A stretch of DNA of 64,000 nucleotides from a virus (Duplodnaviria; Heunggongvirae; Uroviricota; Caudoviricetes): the IMG/VR virus record IMGVR_UViG_3300042331_000303. One strand, 5' to 3'. The number at the start of each line of letters is the position of its first letter. The stretch's first letter is position 1. The position numbers were made by a program, and so were the translations under genes. Below the pieces are notes generated by a model, which worked only from the letters and a program-made list of their open reading frames with translations, searched no databases and was not told where the DNA came from. Shown here in pieces: positions 61,177 to 64,000 of the stretch.

Positions 61177-62052
61177 TCAGTCGGGGCACACACGGGAGAT
61201 CGCCGTGTTGAGCGCCTCCGCAGCGGATTCGACCGCCTCGAAGGAGATCACCTCACCACGAGGCGAGCCCGCGATGCCGTCGTGGCCCCCCGCAAGCGGC
61301 CCGAACAGGCTCTGCACGACCTTCCGGCACGAGACACCTTCGATCGGCTCCGCGAGGGAGACCGTGACGGTCCCCACCTTGCTGTTGTAGACCGCGAGCG
61401 CAGCGAATCGCACTCCATCCGGAGAGGTGTAGAGGTGGTTCACGAACTCGCCGTCCGTGCTCCGCACGAAGACCCGTCCCACCGCCCGAACGGCAGTCGC
61501 CGCGTTGAGTGCCGCCTCCGCTTCCCGCCGCTGCTCGCCAGCGGCAAGCATGCCCGCGTCTCCCGAAAGGATCAGCCGAACCGCATCCCCCGCTGCCCGG
61601 ACGTTCTCGGACACGTCGTGGACCTTGTCCCGGTCGAACCGCGGGGCCTCGGCGGCCCATGCCCAGTAGGCTCGGAGCGCCGGGAGGCTCGGCTGGAGAT
61701 CCTCCGGAGCCTCACCGATCCGGTGGGGGCCTCGGGTGTCTACCCACTCCGCGAGCCGCCAGAACGACTCATTGGCGGCGCCGAAGAGATCGTCGAACTC
61801 GGGCAAGAGGCGCAGCGCGCCCCCAAAGCTGTCGAGGTCGACATGGGACAGGAGGGCCACCCCCTCCGGCCTGCGGAGCGCCGTAAGAGCCTTGTCCATG
61901 CAGGGCGCAGGCCAGTCCCGCATGTGCGGCTGGTGGTGCGCCGAAGTGTGGACGGCCCCTTCCACCACCTCCGACCCGTACTCGGCTTCGATGGTGAAGT
62001 CGGGGGCGACGGTGCGGGCGAGAGCGGCAGTGGGTGCGAGGAGGAAGATCAT
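61177..62052 (-). CDS. DHH-family-like phosphoesterase
   Basis: SAHH, SHVDLDSFGG, C-terminal GGHDGIAGSPR (DHHA1-like). Confidence 0.6.
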   Translation of the reverse strand: MIFLLAPTAALARTVAPDFTIEAEYGSEVVEGAVHTSAHHQPHMRDWPAPCMDKALTALRRPEGVALLSHVDLDSFGGALRLLPEFDDLFGAANESFWRLAEWVDTRGPHRIGEAPEDLQPSLPALRAYWAWAAEAPRFDRDKVHDVSENVRAAGDAVRLILSGDAGMLAAGEQRREAEAALNAATAVRAVGRVFVRSTDGEFVNHLYTSPDGVRFAALAVYNSKVGTVTVSLAEPIEGVSCRKVVQSLFGPLAGGHDGIAGSPRGEVISFEAVESAAEALNTAISRVCPD

Positions 62053-62146
62053 GGGAAGCTCCAGTAAGCGGGAAGGGGGGAGGTGGGAGAGAAGGTGATA
62101 CCCTTCGGGTGCAGCGCACAACCGCCGCACCAGAAGGGCTCACGGC

Positions 62147-62944
62147 TCAGTAGGTGGGGAGGGCGTCCACGTCGCCCGTCGCGCCGGGGGTGCGGGGGTC
62201 GTTCCCATCGGCGCGCTCCTTGGCGAGGTCGGCGTGGTAGTGCTTGTCGAGGCACTTGGCCATGCTCCGCGCTTCCGCGAGGCAGTCCTTGCCGTCCCAG
62301 TCGTCGCAGTAGAAGCCCCAGCAGGACTCCTCGTCGCCCGAGATCGTGTGCTCGATCATGTACCCGAACACACGCCCTTCGAGGTACGTGTTCCACTCGG
62401 CAACGAGGCCCTCGGCGATCTCCTCGCAGCGCTTGTCGTCGGGGAGCGTGCCGTCTTCTGCCTTGAACGCTTCCCGATCGACCACGATGTAGCCGATGTT
62501 GCCGCTGTCCCAGTCGCGCTCCACGCCTCCGGCGCAGAGCGCCACTCCACCGTGGATGTGAGCGCCGAGCGGCGAGAGGTAGTAGCGCTTGGAGTTGGCC
62601 ACCCGCGCATCCCATTCTTCCTGCCGCTCGCGGAGGTCGTCGCCGGCGGCTCGGACCGCCAGTCCGGAGTCGGCGTCCCCATAGTAGCGCTTCGCGTTGT
62701 CGTATGCTTCTCGGTACTTCGCGTCCCAGCGCTTGGGGCGCGCCTCGTCGGGCGCCGTGAAGGCCCGGAAGGTCTCGCCGTCGCAGGCCCAGTCGGACCG
62801 GCGCACCGTGAAGGATCGGTGGTTCGCCACGAGGAACACGTCTTCGTTCCCCCACGTATCGGGAGACTCGGCGTCATAGTCCGGGATGATGCGGATCGTG
62901 CAGTTGGCGAACGTCTCTTCGTGAACCGGGGAAGGCTTGGACAT
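62147..62944 (-). CDS. Hypothetical early protein
   Basis: GGAG RBS; first gene after repeat B2. Confidence 0.65.
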   Translation of the reverse strand: MSKPSPVHEETFANCTIRIIPDYDAESPDTWGNEDVFLVANHRSFTVRRSDWACDGETFRAFTAPDEARPKRWDAKYREAYDNAKRYYGDADSGLAVRAAGDDLRERQEEWDARVANSKRYYLSPLGAHIHGGVALCAGGVERDWDSGNIGYIVVDREAFKAEDGTLPDDKRCEEIAEGLVAEWNTYLEGRVFGYMIEHTISGDEESCWGFYCDDWDGKDCLAEARSMAKCLDKHYHADLAKERADGNDPRTPGATGDVDALPTY

Positions 62945-62978
62945 GGGAGGCTCCTGTTGTGAGGGGCGGAAGGTGAAG

Positions 62979-63103
62979 CGCCGTTGACCCCAACAATGTG
63001 CCATGCTGGGAAACTTGCCGGGGCAGGAAAGATGTCACGGATTGTATCCCGTAGGGATATTATTATCGCGTGGTACGGGAGCGCGCGTAATGCGTGATGC
63101 GCT
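62979..63103 (-). repeat. Early regulatory repeat, type B copy 2
   Basis: Matches 57539..57663. Confidence 0.85.
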
Positions 63104-63125
63104 GCGCGGCGCGTTGCGGGGTGCG

Positions 63126-63473
63126 CTACGTGTCGCAGTGCGCGCAGCGCAGGCTCGCGCCCACGACGCGCGCACCGCACACGACGCATGCGTCGCGGAT
63201 AGGTGAGCGGCGAGTGGGCGGTGCGGGGGCTGTGCATGCTGTAGGGGGCGGGCCGGGCAGCGAGCCACGAGCCCCGTTGCAGGCAGCGCAAGCCAGCACG
63301 AGGTTGCTGAGGGCATACGTGCCCCCGCGCGACTTCGCGTGCAGGTGTTCGATCGTAGCTCGGGCTGGATCGCCCTTGGAGGTCGTCTCGTGCAAGATGC
63401 GCGCGCACCAGTGGCATCCCCAGCCGTCACGAGCCGCGAGCGTGAAGCGGAGCTGGCGCCGACTACGGGGCAT
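63126..63473 (-). CDS. HNH endonuclease
   Basis: RDGWGCHWC, TIEHLHAKSRGG, NLVLACAACNGARG. Confidence 0.82.
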   Translation of the reverse strand: MPRSRRQLRFTLAARDGWGCHWCARILHETTSKGDPARATIEHLHAKSRGGTYALSNLVLACAACNGARGSLPGPPPTACTAPAPPTRRSPIRDACVVCGARVVGASLRCAHCDT

Positions 63474-63999
63474 CCGCGCGAGCTTCCATCCGGTCCGAGT
63501 TGACGATTCGATCGACGACGATGAGGAGGCGCTCCGCAGCTACCGACCAATCGTAGGTGTGAACCAGCCCGTACGTGTGGGTGTCGGCGCACTCAGGAAA
63601 GAGGTCGCCGAGTTCGGAGCGCCACTCGATGCTGATGACGCTCTTCCGCGGCCCGATGGTGATCTTCTCGCCGTTCAGGAGCGTGACCTCGAACCAGTCG
63701 GCGTAGTGCGCGTAGCTGGGGAGCTTCGGCCAGTAGGCGTTCGGGATGTGCGCGAGCTTGTAGAGCTTGCCGTCGAGGGCCTTCTGGAGCTTGTTGCGGA
63801 ACGACTCCGTGCGTCGGACGTTCTCACACGTCGGATGCACAAGCTCTCCGGACTCTTCCTGTGTGGAGCGGACAGCGAACGGGGCGGAGAGCGTCCAGCC
63901 CTCGCCGAAGATGCAGCAGGTGTGCTCTGCCGGGGGCAGGGTACGCAGCTCGTAGGTGTAGTAGCTGCCCTTGATGAAGCGCTGGCCTCCTACAATCAC
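63463..63999 (-). CDS. Hypothetical protein (may extend beyond window)
   Basis: ORF reaches window edge. Confidence 0.5.
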   Translation of the reverse strand: MIVGGQRFIKGSYYTYELRTLPPAEHTCCIFGEGWTLSAPFAVRSTQEESGELVHPTCENVRRTESFRNKLQKALDGKLYKLAHIPNAYWPKLPSYAHYADWFEVTLLNGEKITIGPRKSVISIEWRSELGDLFPECADTHTYGLVHTYDWSVAAERLLIVVDRIVNSDRMEARADAP

Positions 64000-64000
64000 G

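Noticed and set aside
57158-63103. Early repeats as a CRISPR array or integron attC sites
   Set aside because: Spacing is hundreds to thousands of bp with whole genes between copies; no cas genes, no integron-integrase signature and no R-box/L-box structure.

Overview
The whole window reads as part of a large, GC-rich bacteriophage genome. From left to right it holds: (i) an SNF2 helicase and an early/middle accessory block (AAA ATPase, SLOG/MoCo-carrier-like protein, ADP-ribosylglycohydrolase, metallophosphoesterase, tyrosine recombinase); (ii) a minus-strand block with a HAD phosphatase, two paralogous HExxH metallopeptidases, two kinase-like proteins, a RecD-like helicase and a RadC/JAB protein; (iii) two tRNA arrays, 24 + 9 = 33 genes covering all 20 amino acids plus fMet, next to an HNH nuclease, each preceded by a boxB/boxA-like leader; (iv) an M15 endolysin; (v) a ~25 kb late/structural region with two tandem, near-identical beta-rich proteins (candidate single-jelly-roll capsid proteins), other beta-rich proteins, an Arg-rich core-like protein, a run of small tail-anchored membrane proteins, a TM-anchored M15 peptidase, a third kinase and a transglutaminase-like cysteine enzyme; (vi) an early-type region punctuated by four copies of a ~100 bp regulatory repeat. 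I recognise no HK97 capsid, portal, terminase or tail gene in this window. The structural region instead suggests a large tailless, membrane-containing virus; this is an inference. Recurring unexplained signals are a late-promoter element AGCACTCGATC placed 35-36 nt upstream of a TAnnnT box, frequent leaderless starts, an R-x-N-(P/G/S/R) peptide motif that marks domain boundaries in about 17 late proteins, and an MYG / G-YG motif. All calls come from reading the sequence by eye; no database searches were run.
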